Shown here piece after piece: positions 1 through 10,634 of a DNA stretch of 64,000 bases. Origin of the DNA: an uncultured Pelagibacteraceae bacterium (GTDB lineage: Bacteria; Pseudomonadota; Alphaproteobacteria; Pelagibacterales; Pelagibacteraceae); NCBI GenBank assembly GCA_902576335.1, contig CACGVC010000005.1, positions 204 through 64,203 of the forward strand. The letters are read 5' to 3'. Numbering within the stretch: the stretch's first letter is position 1; each line of letters begins with the position of its first letter. Position numbers and translations under genes: made by a program. Below the pieces are notes generated by a model. The model was not told where the DNA came from and ran no database searches. It was given only the letters and a program-made list of their open reading frames with translations.

Positions 1-1
1 T

Positions 2-583
2 TTAGTTAGATTAAGAGATAATAAGATTACTGTAAGACCAATTGCAGGAACCAGACCGAGAGGAAAAAATGTATCTCAAGACAAATTTTACGAAAAAGAT
101 TTGCTTAAAGATAAAAAAGAGCTTTCCGAACACTTAATGTTACTTGATCTTGGTAGAAATGACGCTGGAAAAGTATCAAAAATAAATTCTGTAAAAGTCA
201 CAGAAAGCTTTGTTATAGAGAAATATTCTCACGTCATGCACATAGTTTCCAATGTAGTTGGTGAATATAATAATAAATTCTCAAAGTTTAAATCTCTTTT
301 AGCTGGTTTTCCTGCTGGAACAGTTTCAGGTGCTCCAAAAATAAGAGCCATGGAAATTATAGATGAATTGGAAAAGACAAAAAGAAAAGTTTATGCTGGA
401 GGAATTGGTTATTTTTCAGCAAATGGAGAATTCGATACATGTATTGCTTTAAGGACAGCGGTTGCAACAAAAGATAAATTTTATGTTCAAGCAGGAGCTG
501 GTATTGTTGCTGACAGTAAACCTTTGAAAGAATATGAGGAAACGGTTAACAAAGCAAAAGCTTTGATTAATGCACTAAAATGA
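2..583 (+). CDS. trpE: Anthranilate synthase component I, C-terminal part (open to the left edge of the window)
   Basis: Frame open from position 2 ([21 protein letters not shown]); motifs [46 protein letters not shown]. Confidence 0.95.
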   Translation, partial: LVRLRDNKITVRPIAGTRPRGKNVSQDKFYEKDLLKDKKELSEHLMLLDLGRNDAGKVSKINSVKVTESFVIEKYSHVMHIVSNVVGEYNNKFSKFKSLLAGFPAGTVSGAPKIRAMEIIDELEKTKRKVYAGGIGYFSANGEFDTCIALRTAVATKDKFYVQAGAGIVADSKPLKEYEETVNKAKALINALK

Positions 584-1149
584 AAAAAATAATTTTAATA
601 GATAATTATGACAGTTTTACTTTTAACCTATATCATTATTTATCCTCCTTAAAAGTCCACGTTGATGTAATTAGAAATGATAAAATTACCTCAAAAGAGA
701 TATTAAAAAAAAGATATAATAAAATTGTAATCTCGCCTGGGCCCGGTAATCCTGATCAATCTGGTAACTGCCTTAAGATTGTAAAATCTTTATACAAAAA
801 AATTCCTATACTAGGTGTTTGTTTAGGTCACCAAATTATTGGACAGGTATTTGGTTCAAAAATTATTCAAGCAAGAAAACTAATGCACGGAAAAACCAGC
901 AAAATTGTAACTAAAAAAAACGGTATATTAAAAAATCTTCCTAAAACTTTTGAGGCAACTCGTTATCACAGCTTAATAATTGACAAAAAATCACTATCCC
1001 GTGATCTTGAAATCACTGCAGAGACCAAAGATGGTTTAATAATGGGTGTTCAACATAAAAAATATGATGTTCATGGAGTGCAATTTCACCCTGAAAGTAT
1101 TAAAACTAAACTAGGTATGAAAATTTTAAAGAACTTCATTATAATTTAG
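580..1149 (+). CDS. trpG: Anthranilate synthase component II (glutamine amidotransferase)
   Basis: [28 protein letters not shown] motifs; overlaps trpE stop. Confidence 0.95.
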   Translation: MKKIILIDNYDSFTFNLYHYLSSLKVHVDVIRNDKITSKEILKKRYNKIVISPGPGNPDQSGNCLKIVKSLYKKIPILGVCLGHQIIGQVFGSKIIQARKLMHGKTSKIVTKKNGILKNLPKTFEATRYHSLIIDKKSLSRDLEITAETKDGLIMGVQHKKYDVHGVQFHPESIKTKLGMKILKNFIII

Positions 1150-2142
1150 ATGAAACAATTCATAGAAAAAATTAAAAATAAAGAAAATCTATCTTTTGAT
1201 GAAAGCAAAGCTGCTTTTGAGTTATTAATGGATGGTAAAGCCGAGGACCAAGAAATATTTGATTTTTTAACACTTTTATCAATTAAAGGTGAGGCATCAG
1301 ATGAAATAGCAGGTGGCGTTTACGTTCTAAGAAATAAGTCTAAAAGAGTAAATGTAGAAAATTGTGTTGATACATGTGGTACTGGTGGTGATGGCATGAA
1401 TACTCTTAATATATCAACAGCATCTGCATTATTGCTTGCAAGTATGGGTGTCAAGGTGGCAAAGCATGGAAATAAAGCTGTATCTTCTAAGTGTGGATCA
1501 GGTGATGTTCTAGAGGCTTTGAATATAAAAATTAATTTAGAACCAAATGATATAGAAGCGCAAATTAATAAAAACAATTTTGGATTCATGTTTGCGCCTA
1601 ATTATCACAGTGCAATGAGATTTGTTGGTCCAACTAGAAAAAAAATTGGAAAAAGAACTATATTTAACATGATAGGACCTCTAAGTAGTCCTGCTCTTGT
1701 TAAACGACAAGTGGTAGGAGTTTTTGATAAAAAGCTTTTAAGTACGTTTGCAAATGCTTTAAAAAATCTAGAGATAAAATTTGCATGGATTGTGAATAGT
1801 GAAGATGGTTTAGATGAAATTTCACCTTATGCTAAAACAAATGTAACTCAATTGAAAGATAATAAAATTTCTGAATTTGTTATTGATCCTAAAGAATTTA
1901 ATGTTAATGCAGATAAATTTGAAAATCTTGTTGGTGATGATGCAAAATTTAATGCAGATAAAATGATTAATATATTTAGAGGCGAGGATAACGATTTTTC
2001 TAAAGCAGTATGTTTGAATGCTGCTGCAGGTTTAATTGTGAGTGAAACACATAACAATTTTACTGATGCATATAATAATGTAAGAAAACATATATTATCG
2101 ACTAAAGTTATTAAATATTTAGAAAAAATTCAAAATGGCTGA
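1150..2142 (+). CDS. trpD: Anthranilate phosphoribosyltransferase
   Basis: DTCGTGGDG, NIST, KHGNKAVSSKCGSGD, DGLDE motifs. Confidence 0.96.
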   Translation: MKQFIEKIKNKENLSFDESKAAFELLMDGKAEDQEIFDFLTLLSIKGEASDEIAGGVYVLRNKSKRVNVENCVDTCGTGGDGMNTLNISTASALLLASMGVKVAKHGNKAVSSKCGSGDVLEALNIKINLEPNDIEAQINKNNFGFMFAPNYHSAMRFVGPTRKKIGKRTIFNMIGPLSSPALVKRQVVGVFDKKLLSTFANALKNLEIKFAWIVNSEDGLDEISPYAKTNVTQLKDNKISEFVIDPKEFNVNADKFENLVGDDAKFNADKMINIFRGEDNDFSKAVCLNAAAGLIVSETHNNFTDAYNNVRKHILSTKVIKYLEKIQNG

Positions 2143-2926
2143 AAATGTTCTTAAGAAAATAATTGAGAAGAAAAGTAAAAAAATAGAAAATCTAAAGAAA
2201 ACTATATCTCCTGGCTCATTAGATGAATCAATTAATTCAAACAGAATATTTATAAATTTTAAAGAAAAGATCGAAAATAATATTAATGAAAACAAGTTTT
2301 CTATTATTGCTGAAATTAAAAAAGCTAGTCCATCTGCAGGTGTAATTATCAAAGATTATGACCCTGTTAAAATTGCAAACATATACAACGATAATAAAGC
2401 GACATGTTTGTCAGTTTTAACTGAAGAAGATTACTTTTTAGGTGATTTAATACATATAAGTAAAATTAAACAAAAAATTGATTTACCAATTCTTTGTAAG
2501 GATTTTTTTGTAGATAAATTTCAAATACCTCTTGCTAAAAGTTATGGAGCAGATGCCATACTAATAATTCTTGCTGGCGTTTCTGATAAACTTGCAAATG
2601 AATTATATGAAGAGGCTTTAAAATTAAATATGTCTATTATTGTTGAAGTTCACACTGTAGATGAGGCCAAACAAGCTCTTAGATTTAAAGATGCCTTGAT
2701 AGGAATAAACAATAGAAACTTAAAAACTCTAAAAACTGATATAAATACAACTTTTGATATTTATGATGTATTAGTTGGTCATAAAGGTCCTTTAATTTCT
2801 GAAAGTGGAATTAAAACAAAAGATGAACTTTTGAAATTATCTGAAAAAACATCTATTAAAACTTTTTTGATTGGTGAATCACTTTTAAAAAATCTTGAAA
2901 ATAATTCTATTTTTTCCGTTCTTTAG
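2135..2926 (+). CDS. trpC: Indole-3-glycerol phosphate synthase
   Basis: IIAEIKKASPSAG, LSVLTE, KDF, GINNRNL, SESGI motifs. Confidence 0.96.
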   Translation: MAENVLKKIIEKKSKKIENLKKTISPGSLDESINSNRIFINFKEKIENNINENKFSIIAEIKKASPSAGVIIKDYDPVKIANIYNDNKATCLSVLTEEDYFLGDLIHISKIKQKIDLPILCKDFFVDKFQIPLAKSYGADAILIILAGVSDKLANELYEEALKLNMSIIVEVHTVDEAKQALRFKDALIGINNRNLKTLKTDINTTFDIYDVLVGHKGPLISESGIKTKDELLKLSEKTSIKTFLIGESLLKNLENNSIFSVL

Positions 2927-2975
2927 TCAAATTATCCCCTATTTTATTGATTTTTTAACTGTTGTTAATTTACGA

Positions 2976-3012
2976 GAACTTTTATAGAACATTGTTTGTA
3001 CGATATTTGTTC
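2976..3012 (+). promoter_or_regulatory. Two alphaproteobacterial LexA (SOS) boxes upstream of lexA
   Basis: GAAC-N7-GAAC at 2976-2990 (exact consensus) and GTAC-N7-GTTC at 2998-3012, directly before the lexA ATG. Confidence 0.85.
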
Positions 3013-3014
3013 TT

Positions 3015-3542
3015 ATGCTAACAAAAAAACAAAAAAACTTGCTTTTATTTATCAACAAGAGGTTGAGAAGTTCTGGAGTGTCACCTTCTTACGATGAAAT
3101 GAAAGAGTCTCTTAATCTTAAATCTAAATCTGGTATTCACAGACTAATCAGTGCTTTAGAAGAAAGAGGTTTTATTAAAAGACTAGCGCATAAAGCTAGA
3201 GCGTTAGAGGTAATTAAATTACCTGAAACAGCTTCAGCAAATGATATTTATAATAATTTTTCTCCAAGTGTAATAAAAGGCGGATTAGATGAGGAGAACC
3301 CGTTATCTGATGACTCAGAAGTACCTGTTTTAGGTAAAATAGCAGCCGGTACACCAGTTGAGGCAATACAAAACGAAGTATCAAAAATACCATTACCAAC
3401 CAATTTAGAAAAAAATGGTGATTATTTCGGGTTAAAAGTACAAGGTGATTCTATGATTGAAGCTGGTATCCACGAGGGAGATACTGTAATAATTAAAAGA
3501 AGATTAAGCTCTGATTTAATTTCTAAATATCTTTTTTTATAA
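3015..3542 (+). pseudogene. lexA: LexA repressor, C-terminally truncated near 3500 (the last residues are read from antisense trpE)
   Basis: HTH (SPSYDEM...SKSGIHRLISALEERGFI), Ala-Gly cleavage site (GKIAAGTP) and catalytic Ser (GDSM) present. Homology stops at GDTVIIKR; the region carrying the catalytic Lys is missing. Confidence 0.85.
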
Positions 3543-4084
3543 TTTTTTATATTTTCATCACCAAAAATATTAATGATGTAAAAAATCTTTTTTTTTAGAT
3601 TATCGTGAACAATCAACGTCCGTGGTCTTAACAACCTAACATCAGGAATTTTCAAATCATCTTTACAATTATTCGGTATATTTTCTATATATCTTATTGA
3701 GTCATAAGAAAAATAACCTGAGATTAGTGATGAAATTGAAGGTAGATTTTTTGGTACTTCAAATTTGAAATCTTCAATAATTTTTTCTATCAATTTGTTT
3801 GGCTTATTTCTTAATTTTAATCTTTTATTACCTTTAATTAAAAAAGAGTTATTATTATTAAATTCCCAGATCTTATCAGGATTTTTACCAAAAATTGTAT
3901 ATCTTCCTTTTATTTTACCTTTTTCAACAGATTCAAAGATAAAACTATTTTTCTCAAGTAAAAAATTATCAATCAAATTTGAAACATCATCATCGTTTTT
4001 AACCTTTTTTGATGTGTATATTATTTGATTTTTTTTGCCTCTATGTCGAAACTTAAAATCATTGAAGCTTCGATTAATTATCAT
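3422..4084 (-). pseudogene. trpE: Anthranilate synthase component I, N-terminal part, interrupted near 3490
   Basis: SFIFESVEKG..GRYTIFG, SGYFSYD, PRTLIVHDNL are TrpE N-domain motifs; coupled to ppiD; final ~20 aa are antisense lexA. Confidence 0.85.
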
Positions 4085-5490
4085 TGAAAATAATTCTTAA
4101 CACGTTCAATTGTTTTTTTGTTTAAAGTAACTTTATATTTGTCATTTAAGAGTTCATCATAAGATTTTAATAATCTTTGCTTTATATCAGTTTTTTGTTC
4201 ATTCATTATATCTTTATATTTATCACTATTAAATTGAACATTTATAAATTTTCTGATTTTTGCTAAATAAATATTGTCACTCTCATAAATTAAAGCAAAA
4301 GATTTTTCTGGAAGTGAATATAATAATTTGATTGAATTAGCGTCAAATTTTTCAACATCTTTTATTGAATTTAATGTTATTGTCTCGAAATTTTGATTAT
4401 GCATTTTCGAAAAATCCATTTCAGAGAAGTTATTATTTTTAATTTTGGATAATAAGTCTTTATTGTAATCAAATCTTTCTTGTTGGAAAATTAATTCTAA
4501 AATTTCGTTCTTAGTTTCCTCATCTTTTATATCTGGACTTCTTTGATTAATTTGATCTATTTTATATAAAATATATTCATTTTCAGTTTCAATTATATCA
4601 AAAGAATTTTCCTTTAAATTAAATATTTTTTTTTCAATTTCACTTGCATTCTCGGAAAATTTAAAATTTGAAATACTTGTCGACTCAATATCAAATTTTT
4701 GAACAATATTATTAAAATCAACTTCATTTGAAATATCTATTTCTATTTGGTCTATACTGTCAAAAAAGGCTTGATTATATTCATCAACACCAACCAAGTT
4801 TTTGGGATTAATTTTTGCATAACTAAAATCAATGTAATCCACTTTTAAAGTATCTTCGTTTTCTTTTAAAAACTGATCTATTTTAGATTGAGTTATTTGA
4901 TCTTTTTGTACATAAAAACTATTTAAATTTATAAATTCTAATTCAATTTTTCGATTTTGCTCTTGATAAAATTTTTCAGCTAAGAATTTCGGTGTAACTG
5001 TTCCTGCCCCTATATAATCAAACAAATTTTTTTGGGTTTCACTGTTTCTTAATCGTTTTTCATAAATTGAAGCTGCAATATTATTTTCTAATAAGAATTT
5101 CTCATATTTAACTCTTTGAAAAATTCCACTTTCATCTAAAAAACTTTTATTATTTCTAATTTTCTTTGATAAAGAATTTTCACTTAGAGAAATATCAAAA
5201 TTTTTCACTTCAAGATTTAATATTTCTGATGTGATTAGAGTTGAAAGTAATTCTTCGATTACATTTTTATCCAAATTATCTCTAATGTATTCAGGTGATA
5301 TTTCTAATGTGTTAACATGATTTAAAAAATCTTCTGTAGAAATATTTTTGTCATTTATTTTGGCAATATTATTAGTATTTCCTCTACTAAACATATCACC
5401 CATTCCAAAGAAAACAAATGGAATACACACTATAAAAATGAATACTGCAGAGAACTTAGATTTCGAAAAATTTCTAAAACTTCCTAACAT
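4081..5490 (-). CDS. ppiD: PpiD/SurA N-terminal domain periplasmic chaperone
   Basis: N-terminal TM (AVFIFIVCIPFVFFG), IAKIND, F.DESG.F motif; conserved position between tpiA and trpE. Confidence 0.8.
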   Translation of the reverse strand: MLGSFRNFSKSKFSAVFIFIVCIPFVFFGMGDMFSRGNTNNIAKINDKNISTEDFLNHVNTLEISPEYIRDNLDKNVIEELLSTLITSEILNLEVKNFDISLSENSLSKKIRNNKSFLDESGIFQRVKYEKFLLENNIAASIYEKRLRNSETQKNLFDYIGAGTVTPKFLAEKFYQEQNRKIELEFINLNSFYVQKDQITQSKIDQFLKENEDTLKVDYIDFSYAKINPKNLVGVDEYNQAFFDSIDQIEIDISNEVDFNNIVQKFDIESTSISNFKFSENASEIEKKIFNLKENSFDIIETENEYILYKIDQINQRSPDIKDEETKNEILELIFQQERFDYNKDLLSKIKNNNFSEMDFSKMHNQNFETITLNSIKDVEKFDANSIKLLYSLPEKSFALIYESDNIYLAKIRKFINVQFNSDKYKDIMNEQKTDIKQRLLKSYDELLNDKYKVTLNKKTIERVKNYFQ

Positions 5491-5546
5491 TACTTTATAA
5501 ATTTATTGATCTGTAAAAAACAAACCTATAGATTAAATTTTACCAT

Positions 5547-6287
5547 ATGACAAATAAATATATGTATTTTGTAGCTAATTGGAAAATGTATGGAAATAAA
5601 AACTCATTAAATACATTGGATAAGGTAATTAAATTTTCAAAATCTAAAGAAATTAAGAAAGGACGATTAATATATTGTCCCCCGTATACCCTATTAAGTT
5701 CTTTCTATAAAAAATTTCAAAATTGTTTAATAGATATTGGTGCACAAAATTGTCACGAAAGTTCAGAATACGGAGCACATACAGGTTTTATAAATCCTAA
5801 AATGATAAAAAATATAGGTGCAAATTATGTAATTATTGGCCATTCAGAAAATAGGAATAGAGGAGAGACAGATAAACTTATTAATCAAAAAATTAAAAGT
5901 GCAATTAATGCAAAACTCAAAGTAATACTCTGTATTGGGGAAACTCTAAAAGAAAAGAGGAGTGGCAAAACAAAATCGGTTTTGTCAAAGCAAATCAAAT
6001 ATGGATTAGACAAAATCAAGATCAAAACAAATCTTTTTATAGCTTACGAACCTGTTTGGTCAATTGGCACAGGTAAAATTCTTAAGTCATCAGAGCTCAA
6101 TCAAGCTATTAAATTTATAAAAAGTAAGTTTAAAAAGAAATCACCGCAAATTTTATATGGTGGTTCAGTAAATACCAACAATATAAATAATTTAAAAAAT
6201 ATAAATGGCCTAAATGGTTTTTTAATAGGCGGTGCATCACAAAATGCTAAAAATTTTATTGATATAGTGAAAAAAACATATAATTAA
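5547..6287 (+). CDS. tpiA: Triosephosphate isomerase
   Basis: ANWKM, IIGHSENR, AYEPVWSIGTG, LYGGSV, LIGGAS. Confidence 0.97.
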   Translation: MTNKYMYFVANWKMYGNKNSLNTLDKVIKFSKSKEIKKGRLIYCPPYTLLSSFYKKFQNCLIDIGAQNCHESSEYGAHTGFINPKMIKNIGANYVIIGHSENRNRGETDKLINQKIKSAINAKLKVILCIGETLKEKRSGKTKSVLSKQIKYGLDKIKIKTNLFIAYEPVWSIGTGKILKSSELNQAIKFIKSKFKKKSPQILYGGSVNTNNINNLKNINGLNGFLIGGASQNAKNFIDIVKKTYN

Positions 6288-6292
6288 CCTGC

Positions 6293-6595
6293 ATGGAAAA
6301 TATACTACTAATTCTAAATATTATTTTTGCATTTATTTTAGTTATTTTAGTTTTAATGCAGAAATCTGAGGGTGGAGCATTAGGTATAGGTGTTTCACAA
6401 GAATCTTATATGTTTTCAAGAACAGCTGGAAATTTCATGACTAAAGCCACAGCTGTAATTGCAACTTTGTTCATAATATGTAGTCTTGCTTTGACTATTG
6501 TCTCTAGAGGTGAACTAACACCTACAAGCTCAGTTTTAGACACAGTTAAGGAAAAAACTGAAGACACACCATCGATTCCCGATAATAATAATTAA
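6293..6595 (+). CDS. secG: Preprotein translocase subunit SecG
   Basis: Two TMs flanking LMQKSEGGALG; tpiA-secG-pyrG synteny. Confidence 0.93.
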   Translation: MENILLILNIIFAFILVILVLMQKSEGGALGIGVSQESYMFSRTAGNFMTKATAVIATLFIICSLALTIVSRGELTPTSSVLDTVKEKTEDTPSIPDNNN

Positions 6596-6635
6596 GTCTT
6601 TTCATTTTCTTTTTTATTCGCTATAAGATAATTCC

Positions 6636-8252
6636 ATGGCGCGATTTATTTTTGTCACCGGCGGCGTGGTCTCATCTTTAGGTAAAGGATTATCATCAGC
6701 ATCACTAGCATACCTTCTTCAATCAAGAGGATACAAAGTGAGACTAAGAAAATTAGATCCCTATTTAAATGTTGATCCCGGAACAATGAGCCCATTTCAA
6801 CACGGTGAAGTTTTCGTCACAGATGATGGTGCTGAAACCGATTTAGATTTAGGACACTACGAGAGATTTTCTCAAGTATCAGCAAAAAAATCTGACAATA
6901 TTACAACTGGTAAAATTTATAATGATGTTCTTAAAAAGGAACGTAAAGGAAGGTATCTTGGTAAGACAGTTCAAGTAATACCCCATATCACAGACCGTAT
7001 TAAAGAATTTATAAAAAATGATTCCTCCAAGGAAGACTTTATTATTTGCGAAATTGGTGGAATAGTAGGTGATATTGAGAGTTTGCCTTTTGTTGAAGCT
7101 ATAAGACAATTTGCTAATGATATTGGAAAAAAGAATGCATTATTTATCCATTTAACATTAGTGCCATATTTAAAGTCTTCAGATGAAATTAAAACAAAAC
7201 CGACACAACACTCGGTTAAAGAATTAAGGAGTATTGGAATTCAACCAGATATTATTATCTGTAGATCAGATAGGTCCATACCTTTAGAACATAGAAAAAA
7301 AATATCGTTATTTTGCAATGTTCATATTAATAATGTAATTGAAACAGTTGACGTTAGAACAATTTATGAAGCACCAATTAGTTTTTTTAAAGAAAAATTA
7401 GATAAAAGAGTATTAGATTACTTCAAATTAAGATCAAAAAAATCTGTTAGCCTAAGTCCTTGGAAAAAAATCACCAAGATTATTTTGAATACAAAAAAAC
7501 AAATAAATATTGCTATAATTGGAAAATATGTTGAGTTAAAAGACGCATATAAATCACTTGATGAAGCCTTAACTCATGGAGGTTTTGATAATAAAGTGAA
7601 AGTGAACTTAGTAAGAATTGACTCTGAACAGCTTAAAATAAGTGAGATTAAATCTAAATTAAAAAATATATCAGGCATTTTAATTCCTGGTGGTTTTGGC
7701 AAAAGAGGGACAAAAGGTAAAATTGAAGCTATTAAGTTTGCTAGAAAAAACAAGATACCTTTTTTAGGTATTTGTTATGGAATGCAAATGGCAATAATAG
7801 AATTTGCCAGAAATAAACTTAATTTAAAAAGGGCGACCTCAAGTGAATTTGATAAAAATGGTTTATCTGTAATAGGATTGATTAATGAGTGGAATAAAGA
7901 TGGAAGAATAATAAAAGGGACCGATAAAAATTTGGGTGGCACGATGAGACTTGGATCATATGAGGCTAAATTGAAAGACCATTCATTAATAAAAAGCATA
8001 TATGGTAAAAGTTTGATCAAAGAGAGACATCGACATAGATACGAAGTTAATATTAATTTTAGAGAAAAATTTGAGAAAAAAGGTTTGATTTTTTCAGGAT
8101 TATCTCCAGATGGTAAATTACCTGAAATTATTGAGCTCAATAATCATCCCTGGTTTATTGGAGTGCAATTTCATCCTGAATTTAAATCTAGACCTTTATC
8201 ACCTCATCCATTATTCTCATCTTTTATCAAGGCAGCCAAAAATCATAAATGA
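6636..8252 (+). CDS. pyrG: CTP synthase
   Basis: FIFVTGGVVSSLGKG, DPYLNVDPGTMSPFQHGEV, ERHRHRYEVN, QFHPEF. Confidence 0.98.
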   Translation: MARFIFVTGGVVSSLGKGLSSASLAYLLQSRGYKVRLRKLDPYLNVDPGTMSPFQHGEVFVTDDGAETDLDLGHYERFSQVSAKKSDNITTGKIYNDVLKKERKGRYLGKTVQVIPHITDRIKEFIKNDSSKEDFIICEIGGIVGDIESLPFVEAIRQFANDIGKKNALFIHLTLVPYLKSSDEIKTKPTQHSVKELRSIGIQPDIIICRSDRSIPLEHRKKISLFCNVHINNVIETVDVRTIYEAPISFFKEKLDKRVLDYFKLRSKKSVSLSPWKKITKIILNTKKQINIAIIGKYVELKDAYKSLDEALTHGGFDNKVKVNLVRIDSEQLKISEIKSKLKNISGILIPGGFGKRGTKGKIEAIKFARKNKIPFLGICYGMQMAIIEFARNKLNLKRATSSEFDKNGLSVIGLINEWNKDGRIIKGTDKNLGGTMRLGSYEAKLKDHSLIKSIYGKSLIKERHRHRYEVNINFREKFEKKGLIFSGLSPDGKLPEIIELNNHPWFIGVQFHPEFKSRPLSPHPLFSSFIKAAKNHK

Positions 8253-9073
8253 GTAATATTAAAGTTAATTGTGGAAAAATAGAAATTTCAAATAAAAATA
8301 AAATTTGTCTCATATCTGGTCCTTGTCAACTTGAGTCAGAACAGCACGCATTAGATATGGCAGGAAAAATTAAGGAAATTACCTCAAAATTTGGTCTCGG
8401 ATTTATTTACAAAACTTCATTTGATAAAGCGAACAGAACAAGCTTAAAAGGCAAAAGAGGAGCTGGGTTAGAAGCTTCTTTACCTGTGTTTGATAAGATT
8501 AAAAAGGAATTGAATGTTCCTATTCTAACAGATATTCATAATGCTGAGCAATGTGCAATTGTTTCAAAGCATGTTGATGTCTTACAAATCCCAGCTTTTT
8601 TATGTAGACAAACAGATTTGTTAATTGCTGCAGCTAAAACAAATAAAATTATTAATGTAAAAAAAGGTCAATTTCTCGCACCATGGGATATGGTTAATGT
8701 AACAAAGAAAATTTCAGACTCGGGCAATAATAATATTTTAGTAACTGAAAGAGGAGCAAGTTTTGGTTACAACACTCTAGTTTCAGATATGAGATCAATT
8801 CCAATTATGGCTAAGAATGGCTATCCAGTAATTTTTGATGCAACCCATTCAGTACAACAACCAGGTGGACTTGGAGAAAAAAGTGGAGGTCAAAGAGAAT
8901 TTGTAGAACATTTATCAAGAGCTGCTGTGGCAGTGGGTGTAGCTGGTTTATTTATTGAAACACATCAAGATCCAGATAATGCTCCTTCAGATGGTCCAAA
9001 TATGGTACCATTAAATAAATTAGATAACTTATTAAAAGAACTAACAGAGATAGATAATTTAATAAAAAATTAG
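8249..9073 (+). CDS. kdsA: KDO-8-phosphate synthase
   Basis: GPCQLES, FDKANRTS, QIPAFLCRQTDL, DATHSVQ, SDGPN. Confidence 0.97.
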   Translation: MSNIKVNCGKIEISNKNKICLISGPCQLESEQHALDMAGKIKEITSKFGLGFIYKTSFDKANRTSLKGKRGAGLEASLPVFDKIKKELNVPILTDIHNAEQCAIVSKHVDVLQIPAFLCRQTDLLIAAAKTNKIINVKKGQFLAPWDMVNVTKKISDSGNNNILVTERGASFGYNTLVSDMRSIPIMAKNGYPVIFDATHSVQQPGGLGEKSGGQREFVEHLSRAAVAVGVAGLFIETHQDPDNAPSDGPNMVPLNKLDNLLKELTEIDNLIKN

Positions 9074-10329
9074 TGAGCAAAATTATTAAAGTAAAAGGCC
9101 GTCAAGTTTTTGATAGTAGGGGAAACCCAACTGTAGAGGCTGAAGTTTCTACCAAAAATAATAGTGCTAAAGCTATTTGTCCATCAGGTGCTTCTACAGG
9201 AACTTTTGAAGCTTTTGAAAAAAGAGACAATAATAATAAGAAATATTTAGGTAAGAGTGTTCTAAATGCCGTCAATTTAATTAACACAAAAATTTCAAAG
9301 AACTTAAAAGGTCAAAATATACATAACCAAGAAAAAATCGATGCTACAATGATTAATTTAGATGGAACGAAGCAAAAAAAAAAATTAGGAGCTAATTCTA
9401 TTTTAGCTGTCTCAATTGCAGCAAAAAAACTTTCAGCAAAAGAAAAAAAGATGTCTTTATATAAAACGTTTTTTATAAAGAAGAATTTTAAATTACCCTA
9501 CCCAATGATGAATATAATTAATGGTGGTGCTCATGCTAATAATGGTCTTAGAATTCAAGAATTTATGATTAGACCAGATAAAGCAAAAAGTTTTTCTGAT
9601 GCAATGCGAATATGTTTTGTAGTAATTAAAAATCTTCAGAAATTGATTAAAAAAAAGGGATTGTCTACATCTGTTGGTGACGAAGGTGGTTTTGCACCAA
9701 TGATAAATAGTAACGATCAAGCCTTAGATTTAATAGTTTCTGCTATTAAAAAGTCTGGATTTGTTAATGGTAAAGATGTTTCAATTTGTTTAGATGTAGC
9801 AGCAAACGAACTATTCAAAAAAAATAAATATTCTATTCATTCTAAAAATTTTATCTCGGTAGATAAGTCTATTAAAGAGTATAAAAAGATTATTGAAAAA
9901 TATAAAATCAAATCAATCGAAGATCCGTTTGCTGAGAATGACTGGATTTCTTGGAATAAACTTATGAAAACTATCAAAAAGACACAAATAGTAGGTGATG
10001 ATTTATATGTTACTAACTTAGAAAGACTTAAAAAGGGTTTTTTGAATGTTTCGTCTAATGCAATTTTGATTAAGTTAAACCAGATTGGAACAGTGTCAGA
10101 AACTCTAGAAGTGATTAAATTTGCACAAATTATAGGATTTAAAACTATTATTTCTCATAGATCAGGGGACAGTGAAGATACATTTATTGCTGATTTAGCT
10201 GTAGGGACTGGCTCGAACCAAATAAAAACAGGGTCATTAGCTAGATCAGAAAGGGTAGCTAAATATAATCAATTAATTCGAATAGAAGAAGAACTTGGAA
10301 ATAAAGCAATAATGAATAAGATTCATTGA
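9073..10329 (+). CDS. eno: Enolase
   Basis: DSRGNPTVE, PSGASTG, GDEGGFAP, SHRSGDSED, KTGSLARSER. Confidence 0.97.
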   Translation: MSKIIKVKGRQVFDSRGNPTVEAEVSTKNNSAKAICPSGASTGTFEAFEKRDNNNKKYLGKSVLNAVNLINTKISKNLKGQNIHNQEKIDATMINLDGTKQKKKLGANSILAVSIAAKKLSAKEKKMSLYKTFFIKKNFKLPYPMMNIINGGAHANNGLRIQEFMIRPDKAKSFSDAMRICFVVIKNLQKLIKKKGLSTSVGDEGGFAPMINSNDQALDLIVSAIKKSGFVNGKDVSICLDVAANELFKKNKYSIHSKNFISVDKSIKEYKKIIEKYKIKSIEDPFAENDWISWNKLMKTIKKTQIVGDDLYVTNLERLKKGFLNVSSNAILIKLNQIGTVSETLEVIKFAQIIGFKTIISHRSGDSEDTFIADLAVGTGSNQIKTGSLARSERVAKYNQLIRIEEELGNKAIMNKIH

Positions 10330-10634
10330 TGCTTAAAAAAATAAAAAAAAATTATTTTTCATTAGTGTCAACTTTTTTAATAATATACTTTTTTTTCAAC
10401 CTTTTATCAGGTCAAAGGGGATTAATATCTTATTTTGATAAAAAACAGCATTTAAAAGAACTTCAAATGAAAGAAGCTTTAATAATTAACGAGATTAGGG
10501 ACTTGGATTTTAAAAATTCATTGTTAAGTGACAATCTAGATCTTGATTATATTGAAACATTGATTAGAGAAAGATTCTTATTTGGTAAAGAAAACGAAAA
10601 AATTTATATAATATCGTATGACACAAAAAATTAG
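10329..10634 (+). CDS. ftsB: Septum formation initiator FtsB/DivIC
   Basis: TM + G.RG + coiled coil + DLDYIE..IRE; follows eno by TGATG coupling. Confidence 0.8.
   Translation: MLKKIKKNYFSLVSTFLIIYFFFNLLSGQRGLISYFDKKQHLKELQMKEALIINEIRDLDFKNSLLSDNLDLDYIETLIRERFLFGKENEKIYIISYDTKN

Noticed and set aside
3503-3542. Novel LexA C-terminus or genuine lexA/trpE antisense overlap
   Set aside because: Both tails are read-through into the other gene's antisense strand past the junction, not evolved sequence
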